A DNA stretch of 64,000 nucleotides from Longimicrobiales bacterium (GCA_965218295.1 CBDCKN010000009.1:160001-224000), one strand, 5' to 3'. Counted from the first letter of the stretch, positions 40,473 to 51,168 are shown. The notes: generated by a model from the sequence alone, not told the origin. Numbers and translations are program-made.

Positions 40473-40950
40473 CAATGTTCATCGAACAATGCTTGGCACC
40501 ATCCTCGTTGCCTGTGATCAGGCAGCCGCCGACGCGACCGTAGTAGGCGTACTGCCCGTCGCTGTTGAGCTGCCCGGATGCCGCGTACAGTCGTTCAATC
40601 ACCTTGGTACAAACCGAGGTTTTCTCGCCCAGCCAGATAGACGACGTAAGGACGAGGATGTCCGACTTCATCACCTTCTCGAGAATGGCGGGCCACGCAT
40701 CGTTTTCCCAGCCATGTTCGGTCATATCCGGCCAGACGCCGTAGGCAATGTCATAATCCACCGCACGCAGCACGTCTACGGATACGCCGTTTTTCTCGAG
40801 GATTGCCTTGGAGATATCAATTAGCCCCTGCGTATGCGAGAGCTCTGGTGAGCGCTTCAGTGTACAGTTGATGAATAACGCCTTCAGATCCGAGAAATCC
40901 CATTTGCTTGTGGAGCACATTTCCAGTTGCTTGTCGTTCAACGTTGCCAT
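40473..40950 (-). pseudogene. Flavodoxin/NADPH-dependent FMN reductase family, 3'-truncated
   Basis: NCTLKRSPELSHT, SIWLG, ITGNEDGAKH. Similarity stops after CSMNI. Confidence 0.75.
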
Positions 40951-41100
40951 TTCGGTTCTCCTATTGTTATCTGGGCATCCCGGCGAAGGGCTCGTCACTC
41001 ACTCTCGTTTGCCAGCTCTGCTTCCTCGAGGATCAACAGAACAACCAGGATGGAAGCTAGCCTGCGCGGTCCGAAACAACCAAGGAATGCAGACTCCGAC

Positions 41101-41763
41101 ATGACCCGCCGTACCAACCACCTGCCGGCCGACCTGTACACGTACCTGCTCGAGCACTCGGTCCGGGAGTCTGACGTGATGCGGCGGCTCAGGGAGGAGA
41201 CCGCGACGCTTGCGAACTCCAACATGCAGATCGGACCCGAGCAGGGGCAGTTCATGGCCCTGCTGGTCGAGCTCATCGGTGCCGAAAACGCTCTCGAGGT
41301 GGGCACGTTCACGGGGTACAGCGCCTTGGCGGTGGCCTCCGCGCTGCCCAGGCACGGGCGTCTCGTGACGTGTGACGTGAGTGAGGAGTGGACCTCGATC
41401 GCTCGGCGCTACTGGGATGAGGCGGGGGTCGGCCACAAGATCGACCTGCGGCTGGCTCCGGCCACCGAGACCCTGGCCGCACTCCTGGCCGAGGGCGGGG
41501 ACGGTCGCTTCGATTTCGCCTTCATCGACGCGGACAAGGAAGGGTACGACGCCTACTATGAGAGCACGCTCAGGCTCGTGCGGCCGGGTGGACTCATCGC
41601 CATCGACAACACCTTGTGGGAGGGCAAGGTGGTCGATCCTTCGGTGACGGACGCGGACACGCGGGCGATTCGCCGCTTGAACAGCAAGCTGGCCACCGAC
41701 GAGCGGATCTCGCTGAGCTTGATACCCATCGGGGACGGGTTGTCGCTTGCGAGGGTCCGCTAG
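41101..41763 (+). CDS. Class I SAM O-methyltransferase (CCoAOMT-like)
   Basis: LEVGTFTGYS, FIDADK, DNTLW and IGDGL. Confidence 0.93.
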   Translation: MTRRTNHLPADLYTYLLEHSVRESDVMRRLREETATLANSNMQIGPEQGQFMALLVELIGAENALEVGTFTGYSALAVASALPRHGRLVTCDVSEEWTSIARRYWDEAGVGHKIDLRLAPATETLAALLAEGGDGRFDFAFIDADKEGYDAYYESTLRLVRPGGLIAIDNTLWEGKVVDPSVTDADTRAIRRLNSKLATDERISLSLIPIGDGLSLARVR

Positions 41764-41869
41764 AACGCGACGCCATACCCGTGGCACACGATACGTATCA
41801 TCAAGTACGTAAAGTACGTATAGGCGGCGGAGCGTGTCCGTCGGGTCCGGAAGTGGGCCGAAGCCGCGC

Positions 41870-43108
41870 CTACGTGGACATCCCCCGCGCCGCGATCCGC
41901 CAGACGGCCTCCACCCGGTCGTTCCGAATCGCATACATCTGGTCGTAGAGATTAACCACCGGGTCGCAGTGCGACACGATCACCTCGAGCGTGTCTCCGA
42001 CACGGTACGTCCTCGAGGGGTCGTCGTAGCGGAGGGTTCCGAATTCGTCCGAGCCGGGCTGGTAGGTCATCCCCGTCTCGCCTTTGACGATCGGCCATGG
42101 TCGATTGATCGTACACGCTTTGGCGCCCGCATCGGTCGTGACCCTTCCCTCGTACTGGTCGTTGAGCACCGTCGTGAGGATCGTCAGAGAAGGCTGGAAG
42201 TCTGAATACACCTCGGCGTCGGTCGCCCCACCGATCGCCACATACTGCGCATCCATGAAGACGAAGCTGCCCACTTGGACGTCGGTGACGCCCGCAGTCT
42301 CGTGGTCGATGTTGTAGGTGCCGGTGCCCCCGCCACTGAAGATCTCCGTGTTCAGACCTGATCGCCGCATAAGGGCGAACGTCTCGGCGGCTGGCGCGAG
42401 TTGTTCGAGCGCTCGCGTCTTGCGGGCCTCGAACCCTTTCACGTGCTGCGTCCCGCCGTCGTAGCACAGCATACCTCGCAGTCGGAGCCCGGGCAGCTGG
42501 TCGACCAGCCGGGCCAATTCGATAGCCGGCTCCCCCGCGGTGATGCCGGTGCGATGCCCCCCCGGGTCGACGTCGACCACGACGTCGGCCACTATGCCGG
42601 CGGCCTGCGCCGCCTCAGACAGATCGCGGGCGTTCCCGGGGGCGTCGGTCGCCTGGACGAACCCGGGGCACCATTTTCTCAGATTCATCGCCTGGCTGAT
42701 CTTGAACGGCGTCACATTGGTCGTCGTCATGAGGATCTGGTCGATGCCATGCTCGAACATGACCCTCGCCTCGCTCACCTTGGCGGTGCAGATGCCAACC
42801 GAGCCGCTCTCGAGCTGTAGCCGAGCGATCGCGGGACATTTGTGGGTCTTCGCGTGAGGACGACTGGCTATGCCGTTACGCGAGACCGTCTGCTGCATCG
42901 TGGCCAGGTTGGTCTCGAGCGCATCGAGATCGACGCACAGAGCCGGTGTGTCGAGCTCCCATTTCGAAACGTCGAGCTCCATCACTCCGGCCGAGTCGAG
43001 GGACCGCATCTCGGCCGACGTGTACCCCTTCACCGACGTTGGAACCCAAACGGCGGCCGCACCGGCGCTCTGCAGGAAGCGGCGGCGGGACACGGAATTG
43101 CTGTTCAC
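41870..43108 (-). CDS. DSD1/D-threonine-aldolase family PLP enzyme with a Tat-like signal
   Basis: DTPAL, RPHAKTHK, GGGTGT and HCDPVVN. SRRRFL at the N-terminus. Confidence 0.88.
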   Translation of the reverse strand: MNSNSVSRRRFLQSAGAAAVWVPTSVKGYTSAEMRSLDSAGVMELDVSKWELDTPALCVDLDALETNLATMQQTVSRNGIASRPHAKTHKCPAIARLQLESGSVGICTAKVSEARVMFEHGIDQILMTTTNVTPFKISQAMNLRKWCPGFVQATDAPGNARDLSEAAQAAGIVADVVVDVDPGGHRTGITAGEPAIELARLVDQLPGLRLRGMLCYDGGTQHVKGFEARKTRALEQLAPAAETFALMRRSGLNTEIFSGGGTGTYNIDHETAGVTDVQVGSFVFMDAQYVAIGGATDAEVYSDFQPSLTILTTVLNDQYEGRVTTDAGAKACTINRPWPIVKGETGMTYQPGSDEFGTLRYDDPSRTYRVGDTLEVIVSHCDPVVNLYDQMYAIRNDRVEAVWRIAARGMST

Positions 43109-43393
43109 GGGACTTCTCCAGAAAAAAGGAATGTCGATATCCAACGAATCACGAAACAGGGCTTCATGGCAGCACTGGACAAACCGGCGGTCAACTTCGG
43201 GGGCATCTGCTTCAAGCCGGAAATGCGAACAAAGATGCGACCCGGCTACTCCCCCAGCAAGCAGATCTTCGCGGTCGGCGGATGACCCTCTCGCAGGCGA
43301 AGCGCGTCCGTTGCTGCATTGCGGTCTTCGCGATGTCGCACCGATCATGGACGTGCGCCATTGGTACGATCCGGCGCTCCAGTCGTTGAGGGG

Positions 43394-43990
43394 ATGATGA
43401 CACACGACGACCACTTACTCATGGGTCGCCTCCAGGCAGGCGACGAACAGGCCATGTCGGTGCTCCTGGCGGAGCACTGGACGTCGGTGGTGAACTATGC
43501 TTTCGGATTCGTGGGAAGCTGGGACAAGGCCGAGGACGTGGCCCAAGACGCATTCGTACGCATCTGGGAGGGGAGGAAGAAGTGGTCGCGCGGCTCCTTG
43601 GGAGCCTTGGTTCACCGCATCGCCAGGAACGCGGCACTGGACGTGCTCAAGTCACCCCGCCATGCGGCTCCACGCGAGGACCCCGACACGCTCGTCGGCG
43701 TAGGCACTCCCGATCGGGACGTCGAGCTGTCCGAGCTGAATCAGGCGGTCGCCAAGGCCATGCGAGAGCTCCCCCCGCGTCGCAGGGAAGTCTTCAAGCT
43801 GGCGCGTGAGAGCGGGTTCTCCTACGCGGAGATCGCCGAGATCATGGGACTATCCAGGCAGACCGTCGCCAACCACCTGAGCCTGGCCCTGAGCGATTTG
43901 AGGGTCATGCTCCGGCCCTTCCTGCCGGAGCCGGCAACGGAGGGCGAGGCGCCGAACGACACCCGCACGACTACCACAGGCGAGGCGTAG
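43394..43990 (+). CDS. FecI-like ECF sigma factor
   Basis: AEDVAQDAFVRIW and LPPRRREVF..GFSYAEIAEIMG. Confidence 0.9.
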   Translation: MMTHDDHLLMGRLQAGDEQAMSVLLAEHWTSVVNYAFGFVGSWDKAEDVAQDAFVRIWEGRKKWSRGSLGALVHRIARNAALDVLKSPRHAAPREDPDTLVGVGTPDRDVELSELNQAVAKAMRELPPRRREVFKLARESGFSYAEIAEIMGLSRQTVANHLSLALSDLRVMLRPFLPEPATEGEAPNDTRTTTTGEA

Positions 43991-44038
43991 CAGGTGCCTT
44001 CACAGAATACATCCGGCCGCTAGGCGCGGAGGGTCACA

Positions 44039-45016
44039 ATGGACGACATAATCTTCAGGGTCCTGAACGGGAAGGCCGAGCCGATCGAAGAGCTCCGCCT
44101 GGCCAACTGGCGTGCCGAGTCGTCCCGAAACGAACAGTACTTCAGAGAGGTCTCGGCCATATGGCAGTGGACGGCCTCACCGGCGAACGACTCCCAGTCG
44201 GTCCCGCCCCCTCCATCCCTCGAGGCGATCATAAGCCAGGGAGAAGCGCTCAGGCGACAGGACGTACGTCTCCGCTTCGCCCGGGGAATCGGGCGCAGGG
44301 AGATTCGGCCCTGGGCTGCCGCGGCAGTGATCGCAGCCGTGAGCCTGGGAGTCTGGATCGGTCGCCTGGGCCCCGGCGCCGCCGAGGTCATGGGTACCGA
44401 ATACTTCGCGGGAAGCACGGAGGCGGTAACCGTGGCTCTCGCCGATGGAAGCTTCATCCGCCTTGGGGCGGGAAGCCGTGTGCGCTTCGTAGAGCACGCA
44501 GAGCTCAGAGAGACGTGGCTGAGCGGGCGTGGCTTCTTCGGGGTGGAGGCCGACACCGAGCGACCCTTCGTGGTCCACACCGACCTGGGCGACGCCCGAG
44601 TGCTGGGAACGCGCTTCGAGATTGCGAGCGGGGACGCAGAGCTGAAGGTGATCGTCGTGGAGGGGCGGGTGGCCGTCACTTCCACGAACGGGCGTGCGGC
44701 AGAGGTCTCCCGCGGGCAGGTCGCCCGCCTGGGGACCAACGGCGACTTCTCCGTGGAGACGGTCGAGAACGTGTACGACCTCCTCGACTGGTCGGGGGGG
44801 ATTCTGCTCTTCCAGAGCACTCCCCTTCCGCAGGTCGTGGAGGAGGTAGCCGCTCACTTCGGAGTGGCGATTGGGCTGAACAATCCCGCTCTGTCGACGC
44901 GTACCGTGACAGCGTGGTTCGGGGACGACACCCTCGACGAGGTCGTCGAGTCCATCTGCCTGTTGGTCCAGGCGGAGTGCGAGATCGACCCGGAAGGCGT
45001 CAGGATCGGTGGATAG
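44039..45016 (+). CDS. FecR-family anti-sigma factor
   Basis: LADGS.I.L, GFF.V..D..RPF.V, VLGTRF and V.EG.V. Confidence 0.9.
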   Translation: MDDIIFRVLNGKAEPIEELRLANWRAESSRNEQYFREVSAIWQWTASPANDSQSVPPPPSLEAIISQGEALRRQDVRLRFARGIGRREIRPWAAAAVIAAVSLGVWIGRLGPGAAEVMGTEYFAGSTEAVTVALADGSFIRLGAGSRVRFVEHAELRETWLSGRGFFGVEADTERPFVVHTDLGDARVLGTRFEIASGDAELKVIVVEGRVAVTSTNGRAAEVSRGQVARLGTNGDFSVETVENVYDLLDWSGGILLFQSTPLPQVVEEVAAHFGVAIGLNNPALSTRTVTAWFGDDTLDEVVESICLLVQAECEIDPEGVRIGG

Positions 45017-45074
45017 GGACGTGTCATCGGAGAGCCGAGGACGTGTGGTCAGACGGAGGGAAGGGGAGGTAGGC

Positions 45075-46100
45075 ATGACGGGGTGGCGGAGTGGGGTCTG
45101 CGGCGCAGTGGCAGTTGTGGTGGCGTTCGCGCTGGGCGGATCGTTGTCCGGTGCCGGAGCCCAGACCGGTGGAAACACCGGACTCCTGGCCCGGAAGGCG
45201 AACCTGGAAGTGGAGGGGGTGTCGATCATCGATGCCCTCAGGCGTCTGCAGGCCCGCTCCGCCGTACCCATCGGCTTCAGCTCGGAGTCGATACCTCCGC
45301 GTCTCAGAGTGTTCTGCTCCTGCGTCGACAAGACGGTTCACGAAGCCCTGAGATCCTTCTCGAGGGTACCGGGCTGATCTTCACGGGTCGGCGCAACCAG
45401 ATCCTGGTCACACGACCCGGAGAACCCGACGTCCCAGTTCGAGACACGGGAGTCGTGGGGGGCTTCGTGCGTGAGGTCGAAACGGGCAACCCCATCGGTG
45501 CGGCCCGGGTTGAGCTGCGCGAGCTGCGTGTCGCCACGCTGACCGGAGCCGACGGTCGCTTCCTCATCCCCTCCGTCCCTCCGGGAGCCTACACCCTCGA
45601 CGTGGACGCCCTCGGGTTCCGCAGCGAAGGGGTCCGTCGCGCCGACGTCACGTTGGACCGTCCCACGATCGTGGATCTCCGGCTGGCGCGAGATCCCCTC
45701 GCTCTCGCCGAGATCGTCGTCGCCCCGGGCACGTTCGGGATCGGGGGCGACGAGGCCACGTTGATCCGGCAGACGCTCACCGAGGAGGAGATGCAAGCTC
45801 TGCCCCAACTCGGTGAAGACGTCTTCCGCATGATGGAGCGCATCCCTGGGTGTGGCAACGGGCGACATCTCGGCCAAGATGAACGTGCGCGGTGGCAACG
45901 ACGACGAGTTGCTGATCATGCTCGACGGCACCGAGCTCTTCGAGCCGTACCACATGAAGGATCTGGATGCGGTCATGGGGATTGTGGACGTTCAGACTCT
46001 GGGTGGTCTGGACCTCATCGCCGGAGGGCTCCCCACGGAGTACGGAGACTGTATGACGGGTCTGCTCGACATGCGGACGAAGCAGCCGATCGGAAACGGC
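45075..46100 (+). pseudogene. TonB-dependent transducer N-terminus (signal, STN, carboxypeptidase-like, plug), frameshifted and cut by IS256
   Basis: Frameshifts at about 45350 and 45848. Ends at KQPIGNG where the IS left IR begins. Confidence 0.82.
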
Positions 46101-47369
46101 GAGCTAGGATCAAAGGGTGTGTAAAAAGAGAGGCGACGTACCTTTGCGCTGAGATTTAAACCAGCGAGCCCGGGTGACAGCCCGGGGAAAGGAACGTCGC
46201 CTCATGAGAGAGGATATCGCGGGACCCCAGGGTGCGTCCAGCAGGCCGATGTGGGAGACGCTCGAGGGGATGGTTCGGGAGAAGGCGCAGGAGTTCATCC
46301 AACAGATCATGGAGGAGGAAGTCACGGAGTTGTTAGGCCGGGAGAAGTCAGAGCGCAGGAGTACGGTGGACTCGGCCGAGGGCTACCGCAACGGATACGG
46401 CAAGCTGAGGCGGTTGGCGATGAGCTCGGGCACGATCACACTCCGACGCCCTCGGGTTCGGGGCGTCGAGGAGCGGTTCGAGAGTCGGGTGCTGCCGTTG
46501 TTCGCGAGGCGGACGAAGGAGCTGGGCGCTCTGCTTCCGGAGCTGTATCTGCACGGACTGGCAGAGGGAGACTTCGAGCTGGCGATGCGGGGACTGCTAG
46601 GCGAGGGGGCACCGCTGTCGAAGTCTTCGATTCGGAGACTGCGGGCGGGATGGACGGCGGAGTTCGAGGAATGGAGCCAGCGTCGCCTGGAGGGCCGTGA
46701 GGTCGTCTACGTATGGGCGGACGGGATCTACGTGAAGGCAGGGCTCGAGCGGGACAAGGCGGCGCTACTGGTGGTGCTGGGCGTGATGCGAGACGGGACG
46801 AAGGAGGCGTTGGCCCTGAGATCGGGCTACCGAGAGTCGGTCGAGTCCTGGTCGGAGGTGTTGCGGGATCTGAAGGCACGCGGCATCGAGGCGCCCCGGC
46901 TTTTGATGGCGGACGGCAACGCGGCGATCTGGGGCGCAGTACGGCAGGTATGGCCTGAGGCGGGCGAGCAACGGTGCTGGAACCACAAGATGAGGAACGT
47001 GCTGGACCGGCTGCCTCAGCGGGAGCAGAGCGAGGCGAAGGATCTTCTCAGGGCCGTGGTCTACGCACCGAGCCGGGCCGAGGCGGTGAGGGCCCGTGAG
47101 GCGTTCGCCAGACGCTACAGGCCGTGGTATCCGAAAGCGGTGGACGTACTCGAGGACGACTGGGAGCGGATGGTGGCCTTCTACGACTTCCCCGAGGATC
47201 ACTGGAAGCATCTACGCACGACGAACGTGGTCGAGAGCCCGTTCGCTGCGGTACGGCTCAGGACGACGGCGGCGAAGCGGTTCAAGCGAGTGGAGAGCGC
47301 TACGGCGCTGATCTGGAAGTTACTCTTGGTGGCCGAGAAGCGGTTCCGAAGGCTCGACGCTCCTCACCT
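46101..47369 (+). mobile_element. IS256 isoform copy D lacking its right end
   Basis: Left IR GAGCTAGGATCAAAGGGTGTGTAAA. Transposase homology ends at LDAPHL. Confidence 0.92.
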
Positions 47370-49719
47370 AGAACCCGACGCCCCAGTGCGAGACACGGAA
47401 GTCGTGGGGGGCTTCGTGCGTGAGGTCGAAACGGGCAACCCCATCGGCGCGGCCCGGGTTGAGCTGCGCGAGCTGCGTCTCGCTACGCTGACCGGCGCCG
47501 ACGGTCGCTTCCTCATCCCCTCCGTCCCTCCGGGAGGCTACACCCTCGACGTGAACGCCCTCGGGTTCCGCAGCGAAGGGCTCCGTCGCACTGAAGTCAC
47601 CCTAGACCGTCCCACGATTCTGGATGTCCGCCTGATGCGAGATCCCCTGGCGCTCGCCGAGATCGTCGTCGCCCCGGGTACGTTCGGGATCGGGGGCGAC
47701 GAGGCCACGTTGATGCGACAGACGCTCACACAGGAGGAGATGCAGGCCCTTCCTCAACTCGGCGAGGACGTCTTCCGTATGATGGAGCGCATCCCGGGTG
47801 TGGCGACCGGCGACATCTCGGCCAAGATGAACGTGCGCGGGGCTTACCCAGACGAATTGTTGATCCAGCTCGACGGCGTCGAGCTCTTCGAGCCGTACCA
47901 TATGAAGGATCTGGACGCGGTCATGGGGATTGTGGACGTTCAGACGCTGCGCGGTCTGAGCCTCATCGCCGGGGGGCTCCCCGCGGAATACGGAGACCGT
48001 ATGACTGGTCTGCTCGACATGCGGACGAAACAGCCGATCGGCAACGGCAGGCGCAACTCGATCGGGTTCAGCATCTCCAACGTCACGGCACGGAGTCAGG
48101 GGACTTTCAACGACGGTCGGGGGGGCTGGATGGTCTCGGGCAGGCGCGGGTTCCTGGACATCCTTTTGGCGCTAGCCCAGGACGGGAACGACGACAACGA
48201 GGATATCTCACCCCGCTACTTCGACGTGATGGGCAAGGTCGAGTTCCTGGCTGGTGCCCGCCATCGGTTCTCGGCGCACATACTTTACGCGGGTGACGAC
48301 CTCGACCTCAAGGCCGTCAGCGTGCTCAACAACAGTAACTCACAGGGCGAGTTGCTCACGGACTGGCGGAATGCGAACGCCTGGCTGAATTGGGGCTGGC
48401 AGCTCGCGCCCTCGCTGGATGCTTCGACGACGCTCTCCTTCGCCTCCCTTTCGCGAAACCGAAGCGGATTCGATTTGGAACCGGGCTCCTCGGAGATCGC
48501 GGATGCCATCACAGTGAGCGACAGGGCCGCATTCGATTTCCTGACCGCGAAACAGAACTGGCGCTGGGCCGCCGCCGACAGGGTCGTGCTCAAGTTCGGT
48601 GGCCAGCTTCGCTTCTCGAAGGCTCGGTACAACTATCGCAGCGAGATCGGCGAGGAGTTCGACTTAGGAGACGGCACGGTGGGAGTCGACGTCGACTCCG
48701 TCCGCGTCTCTCTCCGGCCGGAATCCACCGAGACCGGCGCCTATTTGGCGACCCGGCTCCAGCCCCACGATCGAGTGGTCCTCGAGGTTGGGGGCCGTTA
48801 CGACTACCGCAGCCACACGTCGGACTCCGACATCTCGCCGAGAGTGCAGGCGGCCCTTGAATTGACCACGAATACGACGCTGCGGGCGAGCTGGGGGGCT
48901 TACTACCAATCCCACGGATTGGATGAGCTGTCCGCCGTGGACGGGGACACGCTGTTCTTCCCCTCCGAACGTGCGAACCAGATTGCCGCGGGGATCGAGC
49001 ATGGCTTCGCGCGTGGGTGGCAGGTGAGGGCCGAGGTGTACCATCGCACCGTCTCCCATCCGCGGCCCCGCTATCTCAACGTCATACGAGAAATCATCCC
49101 GTTCCCCGAGGTCGGGAACGGCAGGGTCCGTTTCCTGCCTGAGCGGGGACGTGCCGACGGACTGGAGCTCACCCTAGCGGGACCACTTGGTAACCAATCC
49201 GACTGGACGGCGAGCTACGTGCTGGCGCGGGCCGAGGACAGGCTGGACGGTCGGTGGGTTCCGAGGACGCTCGATCAACGCCACACCTTCAACACGCGCT
49301 GGCACTACCGGCCGAACAGTGCCTGGGAGTTCTCCGCAGGTTGGCAGTACCACACGGGGTGGCCCAGCACCCCGATGGAGTTTCAGGTCGACACGCTGGG
49401 GACTTTCCCCGTCGACGACCCCCCTCCACCCGGGTCGCGATCTTGCAACCCCGACTTTTGCCTCCAACTGCTGGTCAACGAGCGGCCCGGCCCGATCAAT
49501 GCCGAACGACTGCCGGCCTACCATCGCATGGATCTCCGTGTTACCCGGACGTTCCAGGTGGGCGGGGGCACGTTGAGCGCCTTCCTGGACGTCTTCAACC
49601 TCTACAATCGGGAGAACCTGCGATCCTACGACTACAAGGTCGAGCTTCCGTCGGGAAGGGTGATCCCGAACATCGGTGAGACGCTCCTGCCCTCGTTCGG
49701 CTTGACCTGGGAGTTCTGA
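46204..49719 (+). CDS. In-frame fusion of IS256 transposase and TonB-dependent receptor (receptor part 47370-49719)
   Basis: Single ORF. Plug NVRG..LDGV, beta-barrel, and C-terminal GLTWEF. Confidence 0.8.
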   Translation: MREDIAGPQGASSRPMWETLEGMVREKAQEFIQQIMEEEVTELLGREKSERRSTVDSAEGYRNGYGKLRRLAMSSGTITLRRPRVRGVEERFESRVLPLFARRTKELGALLPELYLHGLAEGDFELAMRGLLGEGAPLSKSSIRRLRAGWTAEFEEWSQRRLEGREVVYVWADGIYVKAGLERDKAALLVVLGVMRDGTKEALALRSGYRESVESWSEVLRDLKARGIEAPRLLMADGNAAIWGAVRQVWPEAGEQRCWNHKMRNVLDRLPQREQSEAKDLLRAVVYAPSRAEAVRAREAFARRYRPWYPKAVDVLEDDWERMVAFYDFPEDHWKHLRTTNVVESPFAAVRLRTTAAKRFKRVESATALIWKLLLVAEKRFRRLDAPHLEPDAPVRDTEVVGGFVREVETGNPIGAARVELRELRLATLTGADGRFLIPSVPPGGYTLDVNALGFRSEGLRRTEVTLDRPTILDVRLMRDPLALAEIVVAPGTFGIGGDEATLMRQTLTQEEMQALPQLGEDVFRMMERIPGVATGDISAKMNVRGAYPDELLIQLDGVELFEPYHMKDLDAVMGIVDVQTLRGLSLIAGGLPAEYGDRMTGLLDMRTKQPIGNGRRNSIGFSISNVTARSQGTFNDGRGGWMVSGRRGFLDILLALAQDGNDDNEDISPRYFDVMGKVEFLAGARHRFSAHILYAGDDLDLKAVSVLNNSNSQGELLTDWRNANAWLNWGWQLAPSLDASTTLSFASLSRNRSGFDLEPGSSEIADAITVSDRAAFDFLTAKQNWRWAAADRVVLKFGGQLRFSKARYNYRSEIGEEFDLGDGTVGVDVDSVRVSLRPESTETGAYLATRLQPHDRVVLEVGGRYDYRSHTSDSDISPRVQAALELTTNTTLRASWGAYYQSHGLDELSAVDGDTLFFPSERANQIAAGIEHGFARGWQVRAEVYHRTVSHPRPRYLNVIREIIPFPEVGNGRVRFLPERGRADGLELTLAGPLGNQSDWTASYVLARAEDRLDGRWVPRTLDQRHTFNTRWHYRPNSAWEFSAGWQYHTGWPSTPMEFQVDTLGTFPVDDPPPPGSRSCNPDFCLQLLVNERPGPINAERLPAYHRMDLRVTRTFQVGGGTLSAFLDVFNLYNRENLRSYDYKVELPSGRVIPNIGETLLPSFGLTWEF

Positions 49720-49780
49720 CCGGGACCGGCCGGAGGCGTGGGTGCTGTCGGCGGGAGCGGGTCCTGAGTGAGGGACGGGA

Positions 49781-49927
49781 CCCGTCCCCCCTGTCACATT
49801 CGGGGCTCCTCATTCGTTTCCATGCACGATGAGAACTCCTAACCAGGACTTAGATACGGAGTACCCAATAAAATCGACAGGTTGTGTCCTTGCGGTGGTG
49901 GTTGCAGTGCTGGTGGGGTGCGGTGAC
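49781..49927 (+). repeat. Promoter-leader-signal-peptide module, copy 1
   Basis: TGTCACA(49792)-N16-CGTT, homologous to 51169 and 51815. Confidence 0.85.
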
Positions 49928-50357
49928 AACAACCCGATCGGCTCCGAGTTGGGACCCGTCTTTGACTCGACCGGCCCCGGGATGGATGGCTTGGGTGGGC
50001 AACGGGCGCTCTGGGAGGCCCAGGGCCTCGGACTACACGTACGGTGTACGGCGAGTTTGCCTTTGCCCCTTCAGGGAGGAAGTCCGAGTCACCGTGGTGG
50101 ACGGAGCCGTGGCTGGAGCCACCGACCTCGTGACGGGAGACGTGTTGGAGCCCAACGAGGTGCAATGGTACCTGACGATCGACGGCCTCTTCGATCTCTT
50201 GCAGGAGGCGTACGATCGGAACGCTCACGAGGTCCAGGTGGAGTACGATGCGAGCCGTGGCTACCCGACCCGGATCTTCATCGACTATTTGGAGATGGTC
50301 CTGGACGAAGAGGTGAGCTTCACGCTGTTGGGTGACGTGCGGGCCTTGGGAGACTGA
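49829..50357 (+). pseudogene. DUF6174-like lipoprotein, frameshift at about 50030; paralogous ATG reads ATA at 49868
   Basis: LVGC lipobox, W...G / DY.Y..RRVC.CP, TIDGLF, YD..RGYP and DEE. Confidence 0.7.
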
Positions 50358-50410
50358 CGCTCATCACCGAGCCCGACCATGAACCTCCGTTTTGAACGAG
50401 GGTGTAGATG

Positions 50411-50436
50411 GGAACCTCCGCGTCGATCCCAACGTC
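50411..50436 (+). promoter_or_regulatory. Candidate ECF promoter GGAACC-N16-CGTC
   Basis: Matches the generic ECF consensus, directly upstream of the 50448 gene. Confidence 0.55.
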
Positions 50437-50447
50437 AGAACGGGTGA

Positions 50448-51023
50448 GTGATGACTGACATGCTATTTTTGCCTTCCCTGCCGTACTGGCTTGCCCTGAT
50501 CTTCTGGTCTGCCATTGTTGTGGGCCTCGTGGCCTCCGGCCTCGGACTCGTCCGGCAACGCGCATCCCTGCTGATCGGCGGCGCGATCTTGGTGTTACCG
50601 GCCTCGCTGTATCTGACCGCGACGCCGCGGTTTCAGTACGTCGGATGGGTGCCCGTGGCGTGCCTGCTCTTGGCCGCATACGCCGTGCGGCGGGACAAGG
50701 TGTGGATCGGCGGGCTATTGGTCGCTGCCGGGGTCATATTCTGGAGCGTGGTGGCCTCGATGCTCTTCTTCCCGATCCTGCTCCATGTGCTGGGGGCGGG
50801 CGCAACCATCGGGCTCGTGGCCGCACGTCACCTCAGCTGGAAGGTGGCGGTGTACGTCCCAGTCGGGATCGTCGGTGCGTTCGTTGGCGCCTTGCTGAGT
50901 TTTGGCGATGCGCCGTTGCTCATGCGGTACCCCTATCTCAACCCGTGGACCTTGTCCGTCCTGGCGGCGGTCCTCCTCGTGACGGCTCTTGGGGTTGCGG
51001 ACAGGAAGGTATTCGGCCGCTGA
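50448..51023 (+). CDS. Multi-pass membrane protein
   Basis: About 7 hydrophobic helices. Confidence 0.75.
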   Translation: MMTDMLFLPSLPYWLALIFWSAIVVGLVASGLGLVRQRASLLIGGAILVLPASLYLTATPRFQYVGWVPVACLLLAAYAVRRDKVWIGGLLVAAGVIFWSVVASMLFFPILLHVLGAGATIGLVAARHLSWKVAVYVPVGIVGAFVGALLSFGDAPLLMRYPYLNPWTLSVLAAVLLVTALGVADRKVFGR

Positions 51024-51168
51024 CGGCTCGCCCTCGTGGCTTGGAGGTCCGTTAACGACGTGCTGATCAGGAGCTTCCAGGGGGGAGGGTCTCGGCTCGC
51101 TCAAGCAGGGTGCCGGACTCGGAAAGGGCCTTTGAAATCCTTCTATGGGGCCAGCGAATCTTCAGGGC

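Noticed and set aside
45421..48050. Diversity-generating retroelement TR/VR pair
   Set aside because: Substitutions are not adenine-specific, the repeat is too long, and no reverse transcriptase is present in the window.
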